A DNA stretch of 60,182 bases, the filler included. It is 5 parts of 5 records of this genome, joined end to end, with 100 filler letters (N's around TTAATTAATTAA, not from the genome) between each part and the next. Parts side by side here need not be neighbours in the genome. Positions count along the whole stretch, not along the records: positions 24,938 to 38,798 come from SRR31156797_611; positions 38,899 to 45,832 come from SRR31156797_616; 3 more parts are not named here. One strand, written 5' to 3'. The position numbers and the translations under genes were made by a program. Position 1 is the stretch's first letter. The number at the start of each line of letters is the position of its first letter. The notes beneath the pieces are model-generated. The model searched no databases. It was not told where the DNA came from and saw nothing but the letters and a program-made list of their open reading frames with translations. Shown here one piece after another: positions 29,816 to 40,565 of this stretch.

Positions 29816-30662
29816 TTTTATACCATTTTAAATATTTTTCTAAGGCTTCTTCCATTGTATATTTAGGATAATATCCAAAACCATCAAATGCTTTGTTAAA
29901 ACTGTAAGTAGGACGATAGTTTTCTTGACTATCTTGTAAGCCATTAAATACTATTTTAGATTTAGATTTAGTTAGTTTAATAATTATTTTTGCCAATTCT
30001 AGCATTGATATGCTTTTTTCTCCTACAATTTCATAAGTCCCCTTAGCATTATTATTAAGTGCTAATTCTATAGCATTTAAAATATTTCCAGCATAAGTAA
30101 AATTTTGCTCTCGACTTCCTGTTCCATAAAGTATTAAATCTTCATTTTTTAAAGCTTTGTCTATAAATATATTTAAAACATTTCTAATATGAGAATATTC
30201 TCCAAAAGGAGCAGATATTCTAAATGATGTTGCATTTATACCTTTCTTGTTCATCATTGAACAAAAATGTTCTCCAACTACCTTGGACATAGTGTAATAA
30301 TCTCCTATATCAAGTAGCTTTGGCTCACTCATTGAGCCAAAGCCACTTAAATAAATAAATTTATTTAAGTGGCTTTTTTTAGCATACTCATACAAATTTT
30401 TCATCATTTCAGTGTTTTCTAGAAATAACTCATAAGTTGCTTGATCGAAGTTTTTAGGGATTATAGCTGCATTGTGAATAATACAATCAATAGTTTTATT
30501 TTCTAGCACTTTTTCAATATCTTTATAAAGTGAATCAAATTTTAAATAATCTTTATTATTAGTGTTTGAAGTTGTACCATACAATATATTATACTTATTA
30601 TCTATGTTATTTTTTATATAATTACCTAAAAAACCTGTAGAACCTGTTAAAAGGATCTTCAT
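29793..30662 (-). CDS. NAD-dependent epimerase/dehydratase
   Basis: TGSTGFLG, YxxxK (YTMSK). Confidence 0.88.
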   Translation of the reverse strand: MKILLTGSTGFLGNYIKNNIDNKYNILYGTTSNTNNKDYLKFDSLYKDIEKVLENKTIDCIIHNAAIIPKNFDQATYELFLENTEMMKNLYEYAKKSHLNKFIYLSGFGSMSEPKLLDIGDYYTMSKVVGEHFCSMMNKKGINATSFRISAPFGEYSHIRNVLNIFIDKALKNEDLILYGTGSREQNFTYAGNILNAIELALNNNAKGTYEIVGEKSISMLELAKIIIKLTKSKSKIVFNGLQDSQENYRPTYSFNKAFDGFGYYPKYTMEEALEKYLKWYKNENCINI

Positions 30663-31804
30663 ACATTTGCTCCAATAATTTCAAAGTCATTAAGTTTACA
30701 ACTAACTTTATGATGATAACAATCATTCATTGCTAGAAATATTTTTTTTGTTTCATTAAATAAATTACTTGTTTTAAACTCATCAAAACTTAATATGTCA
30801 ATTTTATTTTTATATTTCTTTCCTTGATATAAGGAATTATCATCAATAATGCAAACTATGTTTTCTATATTTATTTTACCTACTCCTATCAAATAATCTA
30901 AAACTAAACCTTGCCCATAAATAACAATTTTATCATTTTTAATATTATAAATATCATTTTCTATTTTTTTCAAATAACTAATGGCATGATTAATACAGTC
31001 GAAATTATTTAAAGAGTTGATTTTTATATTATCATTACTAATTTTTTTCAGTATAAACTGCATAGGTACACTATTAGATACTTTTTTCTTAATAACTTTC
31101 ATACCACAGATGTTAAAAAGATTCAAAATTGAATTTTCTGTAAATTTAGATAAGTGATCGATAGTTAATAAGTCTGATTTATTATTTTCAAAATTAGGTA
31201 CTTCTATTAAAATATAAGTGTCTTCATCCATAATATTTTTTATATCAATTAGAAATTTTTTTGGATTTGGCACATGTTCCAAAACACCTATTAAACTTAT
31301 GTAATCAAATTGTTTAATAAAGTCATTTGAGTTGAAGAAGTTATTATACTTTTCTTGTAGAAAACTTTTAGTTTTTAATTGTTCATATGCTTTACTTGGT
31401 TCTAGTGCATATTTTTTTATTTGTTCATATTTATTTTCTATAGCCTGAATAAAATTACCTTTACCTGCACCAATATCAAAAAAAGTTTTACTTGAATCAT
31501 TTTCTAAGAATTCTTGATAAAATTCCACTAAAGAGTCACTATATTTTCCATCATCAATAGTGGGTTCAACTTCACCATCTAGTAAAAATTCATAATTATC
31601 TTTATAAAATTTTTCATAATCAACTCTTTTATCAAAGTCAATAAATACAAACCCACAGTTGGAACAATAAGAATGACTTAGAGGTGTATTGATAACTTTA
31701 GTATCACTTGTTACACATTTCATAACCTGAAAATCTATTTTTTTTACAAAATCATTACATATCTGACAATTTAAATTACCCATAAATATTACTCCACTCT
31801 TCAA
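30659..31804 (-). CDS. Class I SAM methyltransferase with N-terminal Zn motif
   Basis: CQIC...CSNC, DIGAGKG, VLEHVPNP, IEVPN. Confidence 0.85.
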   Translation of the reverse strand: MKSGVIFMGNLNCQICNDFVKKIDFQVMKCVTSDTKVINTPLSHSYCSNCGFVFIDFDKRVDYEKFYKDNYEFLLDGEVEPTIDDGKYSDSLVEFYQEFLENDSSKTFFDIGAGKGNFIQAIENKYEQIKKYALEPSKAYEQLKTKSFLQEKYNNFFNSNDFIKQFDYISLIGVLEHVPNPKKFLIDIKNIMDEDTYILIEVPNFENNKSDLLTIDHLSKFTENSILNLFNICGMKVIKKKVSNSVPMQFILKKISNDNIKINSLNNFDCINHAISYLKKIENDIYNIKNDKIVIYGQGLVLDYLIGVGKINIENIVCIIDDNSLYQGKKYKNKIDILSFDEFKTSNLFNETKKIFLAMNDCYHHKVSCKLNDFEIIGANV

Positions 31805-33776
31805 AATTTAATAAACTCCAAATAAACAATCTTCTATTTTTTTGACCACTTAAATGTTCATTGATAAGTTTAAATGTAGCTTCTTTATCCATATACTTAT
31901 AAATATTTGCATTTGCATTTAAAAGTTTTGCTTTTACAAACTCTATACTCTCACCCTTGAACCAACTATTATCTGGTGAACTAAAGCCTTGTTTTACAGC
32001 CTTATGAATATCTTCTGGGATATACTTACTCATAGCTTTTCGCAATAAAACTTTTCCATCATTTGTTTTTTGCATTTTACCTATTTCATTTTCATTCATA
32101 TTAACTACTTTTTGTAAATCACCAAGTTTATATTTAGCTGGTACTTTTTGTGCAAAATCTACTAAATCATTATCCAAAAATGGTACTCTTATTTCTAAGC
32201 TATGTGACATTGAAAGTTTATCATCAACTACTAGTAAACCATGTAAAAAAGTCTTTGCTTCAAAATATAAAGAATGATTTATATACTCTTCAGGAGTTTG
32301 GCTTTTAACAGGAGTATTAAAAACATTTGCAAATATATCTCTTGTCCATACTTTTTCTGTATCACTTAAAATAGGAGAAAAAACATTTTTAATTTCTTTA
32401 TTTGGAATAAGTCTTTTCCAAAAACTATAATATTTATCTATATAATCATCAAAGTTATCATTATTTACTGCTTTGTAGTATCTCCAAGGATAGCCTGCAA
32501 AAAGTTCATCACCACCAGCTCCACTTAATACTACTTTTACAAATTTTGAAGCTAGTTTTGCTGCATAATAGTTTGGATAACTTTGTCCTACTCTTGGTTC
32601 TTCTAAATGATATGCAAACTTATTCATACATCTTTCCATATCCCCAGATTTTAAAACCATTTCATAATGCTCAGTTTTAAACTTATATGACATATACTCA
32701 GACTTTGCTCTTTCATCAAAGCTAAGCTCCATGCCACTAGCACTTGACAAGTCAAAACCTACTGTAAAAGTTTTTAGAAAGTTATTTGATTTTTGAAAAT
32801 GATTTGATGCAATAGCAGTTATTGAACCACTATCCATTCCTCCACTTAGATAACTTCCTACTTGTACATCAGCTACAAGCTGACGTTCTACTGCTTGAGT
32901 AAAAAGTCTATCTAGTTCTTCAATGTATTCTCTTTCATCTTTTATTTTTTCTGGCTCTGAAAAATTGAAATCCCAATATTGATTTTTTTCTATTTTTTTA
33001 CTTAATAAATCAATTTCAAAATAATGTCCAGCTTCAAGAATTTGTATATCTTTATGTAAAGTTTTATTTGTAAATATATTTTGGAATGTAAAATATTCTA
33101 ATAAAGCTTCTTTATCAACTTCACTTTTATACTCTTTATATTCTAAAATAGATTTAATCTCACTTCCGTATATAAAAGTCTTATCCTCAGATAGATGATA
33201 ATATACAGGTTTTATTCCATATCTATCTCTACAAAGATAAAACTTTTTATTAAAATTATCATAAAGAGAAAATGCAAACATACCATTAAATCGTTTGATA
33301 CACTCTATTCCCCACTCTATATATGCATATATAATAACTTCTGTATCAGTACAACTTTTAAATCGATGTCCTAATTCTTCAAGTTCTTTTCTAATTTCTT
33401 TAAAGTTATATATCTCACCATTATACGCTATCCAAATATTTTTAGACAAATCACTCATAGGCTGATGTCCAGCATAAGAAACATCTAAAATAGAAAGCCT
33501 TCTATGTCCCATATAAAGATCATAATCATGAGAATGTAATTCTCTTTGTGCTGAACTTGATTCTATTGTAGGAAGCATATCATCTATATTTTTGTATCTT
33601 TCATCTGTAAGATTTTGATAAAAAGAAACTCTTTTATTATGTCTTGCACCTGTATGAAAGCATAAATAACCTGCATCATCAGGTCCCCTATGAGCAATTT
33701 TATCTGCCATAGATTTTATATAATTGACATCTATAGATGGTCTATTTAAAGATAATGTTCCTACAATACCACACAT
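31776..33776 (-). CDS. asnB: Asparagine-synthase-like amidotransferase (glycan amidation)
   Basis: MCGI, HRGPD, NGEIYN, RDRYGIKP, LSGGMDS, SGAGGDELF. Confidence 0.93.
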   Translation of the reverse strand: MCGIVGTLSLNRPSIDVNYIKSMADKIAHRGPDDAGYLCFHTGARHNKRVSFYQNLTDERYKNIDDMLPTIESSSAQRELHSHDYDLYMGHRRLSILDVSYAGHQPMSDLSKNIWIAYNGEIYNFKEIRKELEELGHRFKSCTDTEVIIYAYIEWGIECIKRFNGMFAFSLYDNFNKKFYLCRDRYGIKPVYYHLSEDKTFIYGSEIKSILEYKEYKSEVDKEALLEYFTFQNIFTNKTLHKDIQILEAGHYFEIDLLSKKIEKNQYWDFNFSEPEKIKDEREYIEELDRLFTQAVERQLVADVQVGSYLSGGMDSGSITAIASNHFQKSNNFLKTFTVGFDLSSASGMELSFDERAKSEYMSYKFKTEHYEMVLKSGDMERCMNKFAYHLEEPRVGQSYPNYYAAKLASKFVKVVLSGAGGDELFAGYPWRYYKAVNNDNFDDYIDKYYSFWKRLIPNKEIKNVFSPILSDTEKVWTRDIFANVFNTPVKSQTPEEYINHSLYFEAKTFLHGLLVVDDKLSMSHSLEIRVPFLDNDLVDFAQKVPAKYKLGDLQKVVNMNENEIGKMQKTNDGKVLLRKAMSKYIPEDIHKAVKQGFSSPDNSWFKGESIEFVKAKLLNANANIYKYMDKEATFKLINEHLSGQKNRRLFIWSLLNFEEWSNIYG

Positions 33777-33777
33777 A

Positions 33778-34968
33778 TTATTTTAGGGCCTCTTTTATAT
33801 TTGAAATTACATAATCAAACTCTTCTTCAGACATACCAGCATAAAGAGGTAATGCAATAGATAATCTATCTGCAGCATAACTCATAAGAAAATCTTCATC
33901 GTTAAAATTATTTTTATTTTTATAATAACCTAAAGTATGTACAGCATGAGTACCTTGTCTTGTAGCAATAGTCATATCTTCTAGTTTTTCCATAAAAATA
34001 TTTCTTTTTATATTTATTCTATCTATTTGCTCTTTTGTAAGATTAGAAATATCTTCTCCATCAGTAAAAATACAAATATATGATTGATATCCATGTTTAT
34101 AATTTTCAGGAGCATAAGGAGTTATAAGTTGAGATATGTCTTTTAATACTTCATCATATTTTGAAGCAACTTCTCTTCTCCCATTCATAATATACTCTTT
34201 TTTATTCATCTGACAAACACCAAGAGCACCTTGCATATCTGTCATTCTATAATTATATCCTCGCATAGTAAAGTCAGGTAATAAAGAACCACCCTTTTCT
34301 TTATGTCTTTGAAGATCAGATTTACTTGCTCCATGGTCTTTTAGCTGAGATACTTTATTTGCAATATCTTCATCACTAGTAATTAGCATACCACCTTCAC
34401 CAGTACATATTGATTTTCTGGGATGAAAAGAAAAACAACCACAATCTCCAAAAGTACCAGAGTGTTTATCTCCTATCCAACCATCAAAACCACAAGCACT
34501 ATCTTCAATAACTTTCAAATCATATTTTTTAGCTAAGTTCATAATATAAGGCATATTTGCACAAAGTCCAAATAGATTTACTGGCATTATTGCTTTGATA
34601 GAAGCATCATTTTTTATTAAATCTTCTAATTTTGTTTCATCAATATTAAATGTTCTTAAATCAATATCACAAAATACGACCTCTGCACCTGTATATTCAA
34701 CTGCATTTGCACTTGCCACATAAGTAAAAGAAGGAACAATTACTTTATCTCCTCTTTTAATACCCATAGCTTCAAGTCCTAAGTGTAAGGCAGTAGTACA
34801 ACTTGTTGTAGCATGAGAATACTTAGCACCAGTAAACACACTAAACATTTCTTGAAATTTAGCTACATTGGGTCCTTGTACAACCCAACCAGTTTCAAGA
34901 GGTTTAACCATTGCTTCTTTTTCTTCACCACCAAAAATTGTTTTTGTAATAGGGATATTCATTTTCAT
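33778..34968 (-). CDS. DegT/DnrJ/EryC1/StrS aminotransferase
   Basis: SCTTALHL, IEDSAC, SFHPRKSICTGEGG. Confidence 0.92.
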   Translation of the reverse strand: MKMNIPITKTIFGGEEKEAMVKPLETGWVVQGPNVAKFQEMFSVFTGAKYSHATTSCTTALHLGLEAMGIKRGDKVIVPSFTYVASANAVEYTGAEVVFCDIDLRTFNIDETKLEDLIKNDASIKAIMPVNLFGLCANMPYIMNLAKKYDLKVIEDSACGFDGWIGDKHSGTFGDCGCFSFHPRKSICTGEGGMLITSDEDIANKVSQLKDHGASKSDLQRHKEKGGSLLPDFTMRGYNYRMTDMQGALGVCQMNKKEYIMNGRREVASKYDEVLKDISQLITPYAPENYKHGYQSYICIFTDGEDISNLTKEQIDRINIKRNIFMEKLEDMTIATRQGTHAVHTLGYYKNKNNFNDEDFLMSYAADRLSIALPLYAGMSEEEFDYVISNIKEALK

Positions 34969-34971
34969 AGA

Positions 34972-35952
34972 TTAACCTCTAATTCCTTTACTCTCTCTCC
35001 AGCTAATTAAGGCTCTTAATCCATCTTCTAAAGAGTACTTATATTTAAACCCAAGCTCTTTTTCTGCTTTTTCTCTTGATCCAATTCTATTTTGAACTAG
35101 TTGTCTAGCATCATCTTCACTATAAGGAATATAATTGATTTTTAAATTAGACTCTTTTAACTTTAACATTGTTTCACACAGTGTTTTAATAGTAGTTTGA
35201 ATTTCTGTTCCAACATTATAATATCCAAGTTTTACATCTGATTTAGCTGCAGCTATGTTACATCTTGCAATATCTTCAACATAAATAAAATCATATGCCT
35301 GACTTCCATCACCATTTACAGTAGGTTCTTCATTTCTATCAATTTTATTTAAAACAATTGGAACTACTCCACTATAAACTGCATGTTGGTCTTGTCCAGG
35401 ACCATATACATTCATATATCTAAGTCCAACAATTTCTAAACCATACCTATCATTATAAGCTGTACACATAGCTTCACCAGCTATTTTTGTTGCACCATAG
35501 AAATTTTTATTATTGAAAGGATGATCTTCTGTCATTGGAACTTGTACAGCATCTCCATAAACAGAAGCAGAAGAACTATAAATTAATTTTTTAACTTTAT
35601 GTTTTACACAAGCCTCTAAAACATTAAAAGTACCAGCAATATTTACATCAAATGCTGTTCTAGGAAAATCTTTACAATGTAAAAGCCACATAGCAGCTAA
35701 ATGAAATACATAATCTACCCCTTCCATAGCTTTATCTAAAATATCAACTTCTCTTACATCTCCACCATAAGGGAAAATAGAACATCTTGAATCTTTTAAA
35801 CTATCTTCAAGATTTTCCATCTTTCCACGGGTAAAATTATCATAAATAATAACTTCTTTTACAGGTTCTTTTAATAATTCACTTACAACAAAACCACCAA
35901 TAAAACCTGCTGCACCTATAACTAAAACTTTTGCATTTTCTAATTTATTCAT
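34972..35952 (-). CDS. NAD-dependent epimerase/dehydratase (WbmF/G/H-like)
   Basis: GAAGFIG, SSSASVYG, YGATK; likely start MNKLEN. Confidence 0.9.
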   Translation of the reverse strand: MNKLENAKVLVIGAAGFIGGFVVSELLKEPVKEVIIYDNFTRGKMENLEDSLKDSRCSIFPYGGDVREVDILDKAMEGVDYVFHLAAMWLLHCKDFPRTAFDVNIAGTFNVLEACVKHKVKKLIYSSSASVYGDAVQVPMTEDHPFNNKNFYGATKIAGEAMCTAYNDRYGLEIVGLRYMNVYGPGQDQHAVYSGVVPIVLNKIDRNEEPTVNGDGSQAYDFIYVEDIARCNIAAAKSDVKLGYYNVGTEIQTTIKTLCETMLKLKESNLKINYIPYSEDDARQLVQNRIGSREKAEKELGFKYKYSLEDGLRALISWRESKGIRG

Positions 35953-37117
35953 TATTATTTCCTTTATTTTTCTCAATTTCACTAACTACATATTTTGCAA
36001 AAGCAAAACTACAAGTAAATGCAGGGCTTACTGCATTTAAAACATGAGTTGATTTTTTATCATGTTCAAGTACAAAGTCTTGAACTAATTCATTTGTTTT
36101 TTTATTTAAAAGCTGTGCTCTTATTCCAGCAGGAATGGGAGTAAAGTCATCCCCAATATTTTTAACCATATCCTTTGCCTTTTGAATAAAGACATGTGAT
36201 TGATAATTTTTCATTTCTTCAATTGCTAGCTTTCTAAAGTTAAAACTATTTTGAATAAATAATTTACTTTCATAATAAAGTACTTCAATCATTTCTTTAA
36301 ATTTAAAATTACTTAAACCTTTATAATTTTCTCTCCAGAAAGCTGGAATAGCTGTAGGTCCTATTTTTATACTTCCATCTACAGTAATTGTATAATGAAC
36401 ACCTAAAAAAGGATTTGATAAGTTTGGTACAGGATATATATTTGTTTTAATATCACTTTTATTTGTTATATATTTTAAATAAATTCCTTTAAAAGGAAGT
36501 AAAGTATAACCTTTGGCTAAACCAAATTTTTGAGCAATTTTATCAGCATATACGCCTGCACAATTTATTAAATATTTATATTTAAAATTACAATCATCAA
36601 AAGAAGTATTAAAATAAAAACTTATTCCTTTTTCTTTTAAAACCTCTTTTAATTTATAACAAACTTCTTTTGGATCTACACTTGCAGTATTTGGAGAGAA
36701 AAGTGCTTTTTTATAAGTTTTAATGTTTGGATCAATTTTTGATACTTCTTCTTCACTTATAATTTTTGTTTCAACTCCATTTATCTCTGCTCTTTTTTGA
36801 AGTTCATATATTCCTTGAACTTCTTCTTCATTTTTTGCAACAACTATTTTTTGAGTCTCATTTACAAAAATATTATTTTTTTTACAAAACTCTTTCATAA
36901 GTCTATTTCCATCTACAGTAAATTTTGCTTTTAAACTATTTGCAGTATAGTAAAAACCAGCATGAAGGACTCCACTATTTCTTCCACTTGCATGTTTTGC
37001 TACATCTTCTTCTTTATCAATAATAGCTATTTTTAAAGAAGGTTCCTTTTCTTTCAGTTCATAGGCAATTGTCATACCTATAATACCAGAACCAACTATT
37101 AAATAATCATATGGCAT
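35945..37117 (-). CDS. lhgO: L-2-hydroxyglutarate oxidase
   Basis: GSGIIG, HASGRNSGVLHAGFYY, PFLGVH, GIRAQ, NAVSPAFT. Confidence 0.88.
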   Translation of the reverse strand: MPYDYLIVGSGIIGMTIAYELKEKEPSLKIAIIDKEEDVAKHASGRNSGVLHAGFYYTANSLKAKFTVDGNRLMKEFCKKNNIFVNETQKIVVAKNEEEVQGIYELQKRAEINGVETKIISEEEVSKIDPNIKTYKKALFSPNTASVDPKEVCYKLKEVLKEKGISFYFNTSFDDCNFKYKYLINCAGVYADKIAQKFGLAKGYTLLPFKGIYLKYITNKSDIKTNIYPVPNLSNPFLGVHYTITVDGSIKIGPTAIPAFWRENYKGLSNFKFKEMIEVLYYESKLFIQNSFNFRKLAIEEMKNYQSHVFIQKAKDMVKNIGDDFTPIPAGIRAQLLNKKTNELVQDFVLEHDKKSTHVLNAVSPAFTCSFAFAKYVVSEIEKNKGNNNE

Positions 37118-37120
37118 TTA

Positions 37121-38215
37121 CTAAATATTCTCAACAATATATTCTATTTCCTCATCTGATAAATAAGGATTCATTGGTAAACTCATAATCTCTTCTGAAA
37201 CTATTTCAGAGATAGGGAAATCACCTTTTTTATATCCTAGGTATTCAAAACATTCCTGAAGATGTAAAGGCATAGGATAATGTACTGCTGTCGGTATACC
37301 ATTCTCTTTTAGAGAGGATTGTATATTATCTCTATTTTTTACTCTTACAGAATATTGTGCCCAAGCGGAAGTTGCACTTTTATCAACAAAAGGTAAAATC
37401 AAATCTTTTCCAGATAAAGCTTTTGTATATTTACTTGCAACTTCTTGTCTTAGAGCTAAATCTTTTTCATAATATTTTAATTTTACATTTAATATTGCAG
37501 CTTGAATAGTATCAAGTCTTCCACCCATACCAATATATTTGTGATGATACCTTTTGCTTTGTCCATGAACTCTTAATGATTTCATTTTTTCTGCTAGTTC
37601 TTCATTATCAGTAAATACTGCTCCTCCATCACCAAAACATCCTAGTGGTTTAGCAGGAAAAAAAGAAGTAGTTGAAATATCTCCCCATGCAGAATCTGTT
37701 ATATTATTAAAAGTAGAACCAAAACTTTGCGCTCCATCAATTATCACTTTTAGATTATGTTTATTTGCAATATTTTGGATTTTTTCCATATCCGCTGGCT
37801 GACCATAAAGAGATACTGGAATAATTGCTCTTGTTTTAGAAGTGATTTTATCCTCTATTAAATCTGAATTGATATTATAAGTTCTGTCATCAATATCTAC
37901 AAAAACAGGAACTGCTCCTAAAAAAGCAATTGTTTCTGCCGTTGCTATAAATGTAAAAGGTGTAGTAATTATTTCATCACCAGGTTTTATATCAAGTGCC
38001 ATCATAGCAAGAAGTAAAGCATCTGTGCCAGAACTACATGAGATTGCATATTTAGCACCGGTAAACTCTTGAAGTGAGTTTTCCAATTGACTAATTTCCT
38101 CACCCATTATGTAGTTTGATTTATTTAAAACAGCATGTATAGCTTCATCTATTTCTGTTTTGTATAATTGGTACTGATCTTGTAGTTTTGCAAAATCTAT
38201 TTTACGACTCGTCAT
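37121..38215 (-). CDS. DegT-family aminotransferase, WbpE-like
   Basis: SGTDALL, DGAQSFG, SFFPAKPLGCFGDGG, adjacent to a WbpD-like gene. Confidence 0.9.
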   Translation of the reverse strand: MTSRKIDFAKLQDQYQLYKTEIDEAIHAVLNKSNYIMGEEISQLENSLQEFTGAKYAISCSSGTDALLLAMMALDIKPGDEIITTPFTFIATAETIAFLGAVPVFVDIDDRTYNINSDLIEDKITSKTRAIIPVSLYGQPADMEKIQNIANKHNLKVIIDGAQSFGSTFNNITDSAWGDISTTSFFPAKPLGCFGDGGAVFTDNEELAEKMKSLRVHGQSKRYHHKYIGMGGRLDTIQAAILNVKLKYYEKDLALRQEVASKYTKALSGKDLILPFVDKSATSAWAQYSVRVKNRDNIQSSLKENGIPTAVHYPMPLHLQECFEYLGYKKGDFPISEIVSEEIMSLPMNPYLSDEEIEYIVENI

Positions 38216-38262
38216 TTAGTGCCTCGCTTGCATTGTATTTTAATACTTATCACTAATTTTCC

Positions 38263-38796
38263 TTATTTATCTAGTAATGAAACTTCATTATTTTCTAATT
38301 TATATTTTGTATTATCAAAAGTATCTACGGCAATGTTATTTTCGTCAAACTCTAATCTATTTCCAGCAATAGAAACCCAACCAATTTGACGAGCAGGTAC
38401 TCCTACCATTAAGGCAAAATCTTTCACATCTTTATTTATTACAGAACCTGCTCCAACTAAAGCATATCTTCCAATAGTATTACCACAAACAACCGTTGCA
38501 TTTGCACCAATTGAGCAACCTTTTTTTAGAAGTGTTATTTTAAACTCTTCTTTACGAACTATAAATGATCTTGGGTTAATAACATTTGTAAAAACCATTG
38601 AAGGGCCAAGGAAGACGTCATCTTCTACTTCAACACCTTCATAAATAGAAATATTGTTTTGAACTTTAACACCATTTCCAATATTTACTTTTGGTCCAAC
38701 AACACAGTTTTGTCCAAAAGAACAATTATCTCCAATTGTTGTACCACTTAATACATGAGAGAAATGCCATATCTTAGTATCATTACCTATTTTTAC
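38263..38796 (-). CDS. WbpD-like hexapeptide N-acetyltransferase, 5'-truncated
   Basis: [29 protein letters not shown]; frame open to the contig edge. Confidence 0.9.
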   Translation of the reverse strand, partial: VKIGNDTKIWHFSHVLSGTTIGDNCSFGQNCVVGPKVNIGNGVKVQNNISIYEGVEVEDDVFLGPSMVFTNVINPRSFIVRKEEFKITLLKKGCSIGANATVVCGNTIGRYALVGAGSVINKDVKDFALMVGVPARQIGWVSIAGNRLEFDENNIAVDTFDNTKYKLENNEVSLLDK

Positions 38797-38798
38797 AT

Positions 38799-38898
38799 NN
38801 NNNNNNNNNNNNNNNNNNNNNNNNNNNNNNNNNNNNNNNNNNTTAATTAATTAANNNNNNNNNNNNNNNNNNNNNNNNNNNNNNNNNNNNNNNNNNNN
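38799..38898. other. Artificial contig spacer
   Basis: N44-TTAATTAATTAA-N44. Confidence 0.98.
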
Positions 38899-38899
38899 A

Positions 38900-39844
38900 G
38901 CACGTAAAGAGAAAGATAAAAGCGCTGAGGTCGAAAAGGCAAAAGTACAGTGTCCTGAATGTGGCAGCCGCAACCTTGCACAGGACTACGAGAGAGCTGA
39001 ACTCGTATGTTCTGACTGTGGACTTGTGGTTGATGCAGAGTTTGTTGACGAAGGACCTGAATGGAGAGCCTTTGACCATGACCAGAGGATGAAGCGTTCC
39101 CGTGTGGGCGCACCAATGACCTACACAATACACGACAAAGGTCTGTCCACTATGATTGACTGGAGAAACCGTGATTCATACGGTAAATCCATTTCATCAA
39201 AGAACAGGGCGCAACTCTACAGGCTGAGAAAATGGCAACGTAGGATTAGAGTAAGTAACGCAACGGAAAGAAACCTTGCATTTGCACTGTCCGAACTTGA
39301 CCGTATGGCATCAGCCCTTGGTCTGCCAAGGACCGTGCGTGAGACTGCCGCAGTAGTATATAGGAAAGCAGTTGATAAGAATCTCATCCGTGGAAGAAGC
39401 ATTGAAGGAGTAGCAGCAGCAGCATTGTATGCAGCATGCCGCCAGTGCAGTGTTCCAAGAACACTTGACGAGATAGGAGAAGTATCAAGGGTAAGCAGGA
39501 AAGAAATTGGAAGAACATACCGTTTCATTTCAAGAGAGCTCTCCCTGAAACTTATGCCAACCTCACCAATAGATTATGTCCCAAGATTCTGCTCTGGACT
39601 TAACCTAAAAGGTGAAGTTCAGTCAAGAGGTGTTGAGATCTTAAGGCAGGCATCTGAGAAGGAACTTACCAGTGGCCGTGGACCAACCGGTGTGGCAGCA
39701 GCAGCGATTTACATTGCATCAATCCTTTGTGGAGAACGCCGCACACAGCGTGAGGTCGCCGATGTTGCAGGTGTGACAGAAGTCACAATCCGTAACAGGT
39801 ACAAGGAACTTGCAGAAGAGCTTGATATTGAGATTATTCTCTAA
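38900..39844 (+). CDS. tfb: Archaeal transcription initiation factor IIB, 5'-truncated
   Basis: Zn ribbon CPECG...CSDCG upstream of the ORF-track start; GPEWRAF; two cyclin repeats; [10 protein letters not shown]. Confidence 0.97.
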   Translation, partial: ARKEKDKSAEVEKAKVQCPECGSRNLAQDYERAELVCSDCGLVVDAEFVDEGPEWRAFDHDQRMKRSRVGAPMTYTIHDKGLSTMIDWRNRDSYGKSISSKNRAQLYRLRKWQRRIRVSNATERNLAFALSELDRMASALGLPRTVRETAAVVYRKAVDKNLIRGRSIEGVAAAALYAACRQCSVPRTLDEIGEVSRVSRKEIGRTYRFISRELSLKLMPTSPIDYVPRFCSGLNLKGEVQSRGVEILRQASEKELTSGRGPTGVAAAAIYIASILCGERRTQREVADVAGVTEVTIRNRYKELAEELDIEIIL

Positions 39845-39951
39845 ACAAGAAATAAATATCTGACAAAGGAAGACTGTACCACCTCTTCCTTTGTTACGTA
39901 CTTTTTCATCAAATCTTTTTTAACATTTAACCTGATTTAGCAGTGTAGACT

Positions 39952-40563
39952 ATGTTAGAACTGCTTGAAATGCTAGCCATTGGGTTTGTCGTAGGAATGA
40001 CAGGAGCCCTTGTGCCCGGACCAATGCTTTTTGTGACAATAGACACATCCCTGAAAAGAGGATGGAAGGCAGGCCCCGAGGTATTCATAGGTCATGCTAT
40101 ACTTGAGTTTATGGTCTGTATGCTTATTATTTACGGTATTACGGCAGTAAGCAACAGCACGGTCATGGCAATATCCGTAATGGGTGGAGTTACTCTTGTT
40201 ATATTCGGCCTTATGACAATGAGAAGTGCAAAAGGTGCGGCAGACTCTATGCATGAACACGATAAAAGTACTTCAAATCCGGTACTTGCAGGGATTGTGA
40301 CATCAGCCTCAAATCCTTATTTCTGGCTATGGTGGCTGGCAGCTGGAAGCGCACTGTTACTGCGTGGGCTTGAGGTCAGCATACTTGCAGCCGTAGTATT
40401 TATGGTCGGACACTGGCTTGCAGACCTGGGATATTTTACTGTTGTATCATCATCTTTTAGCAAAGGAAAGAAGCTCATGTCCCCAAAAGTTTATGAAAGA
40501 ATACTGATGTCTTGTGGATTATTTCTTGTCCTGTTTGGGTCATGGTTCATTATAGGTACGTGA
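39952..40563 (+). CDS. LysE-family transporter
   Basis: PGP, GHAILE, SNPYFWLWW. Confidence 0.88.
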   Translation: MLELLEMLAIGFVVGMTGALVPGPMLFVTIDTSLKRGWKAGPEVFIGHAILEFMVCMLIIYGITAVSNSTVMAISVMGGVTLVIFGLMTMRSAKGAADSMHEHDKSTSNPVLAGIVTSASNPYFWLWWLAAGSALLLRGLEVSILAAVVFMVGHWLADLGYFTVVSSSFSKGKKLMSPKVYERILMSCGLFLVLFGSWFIIGT

Positions 40564-40565
40564 AG

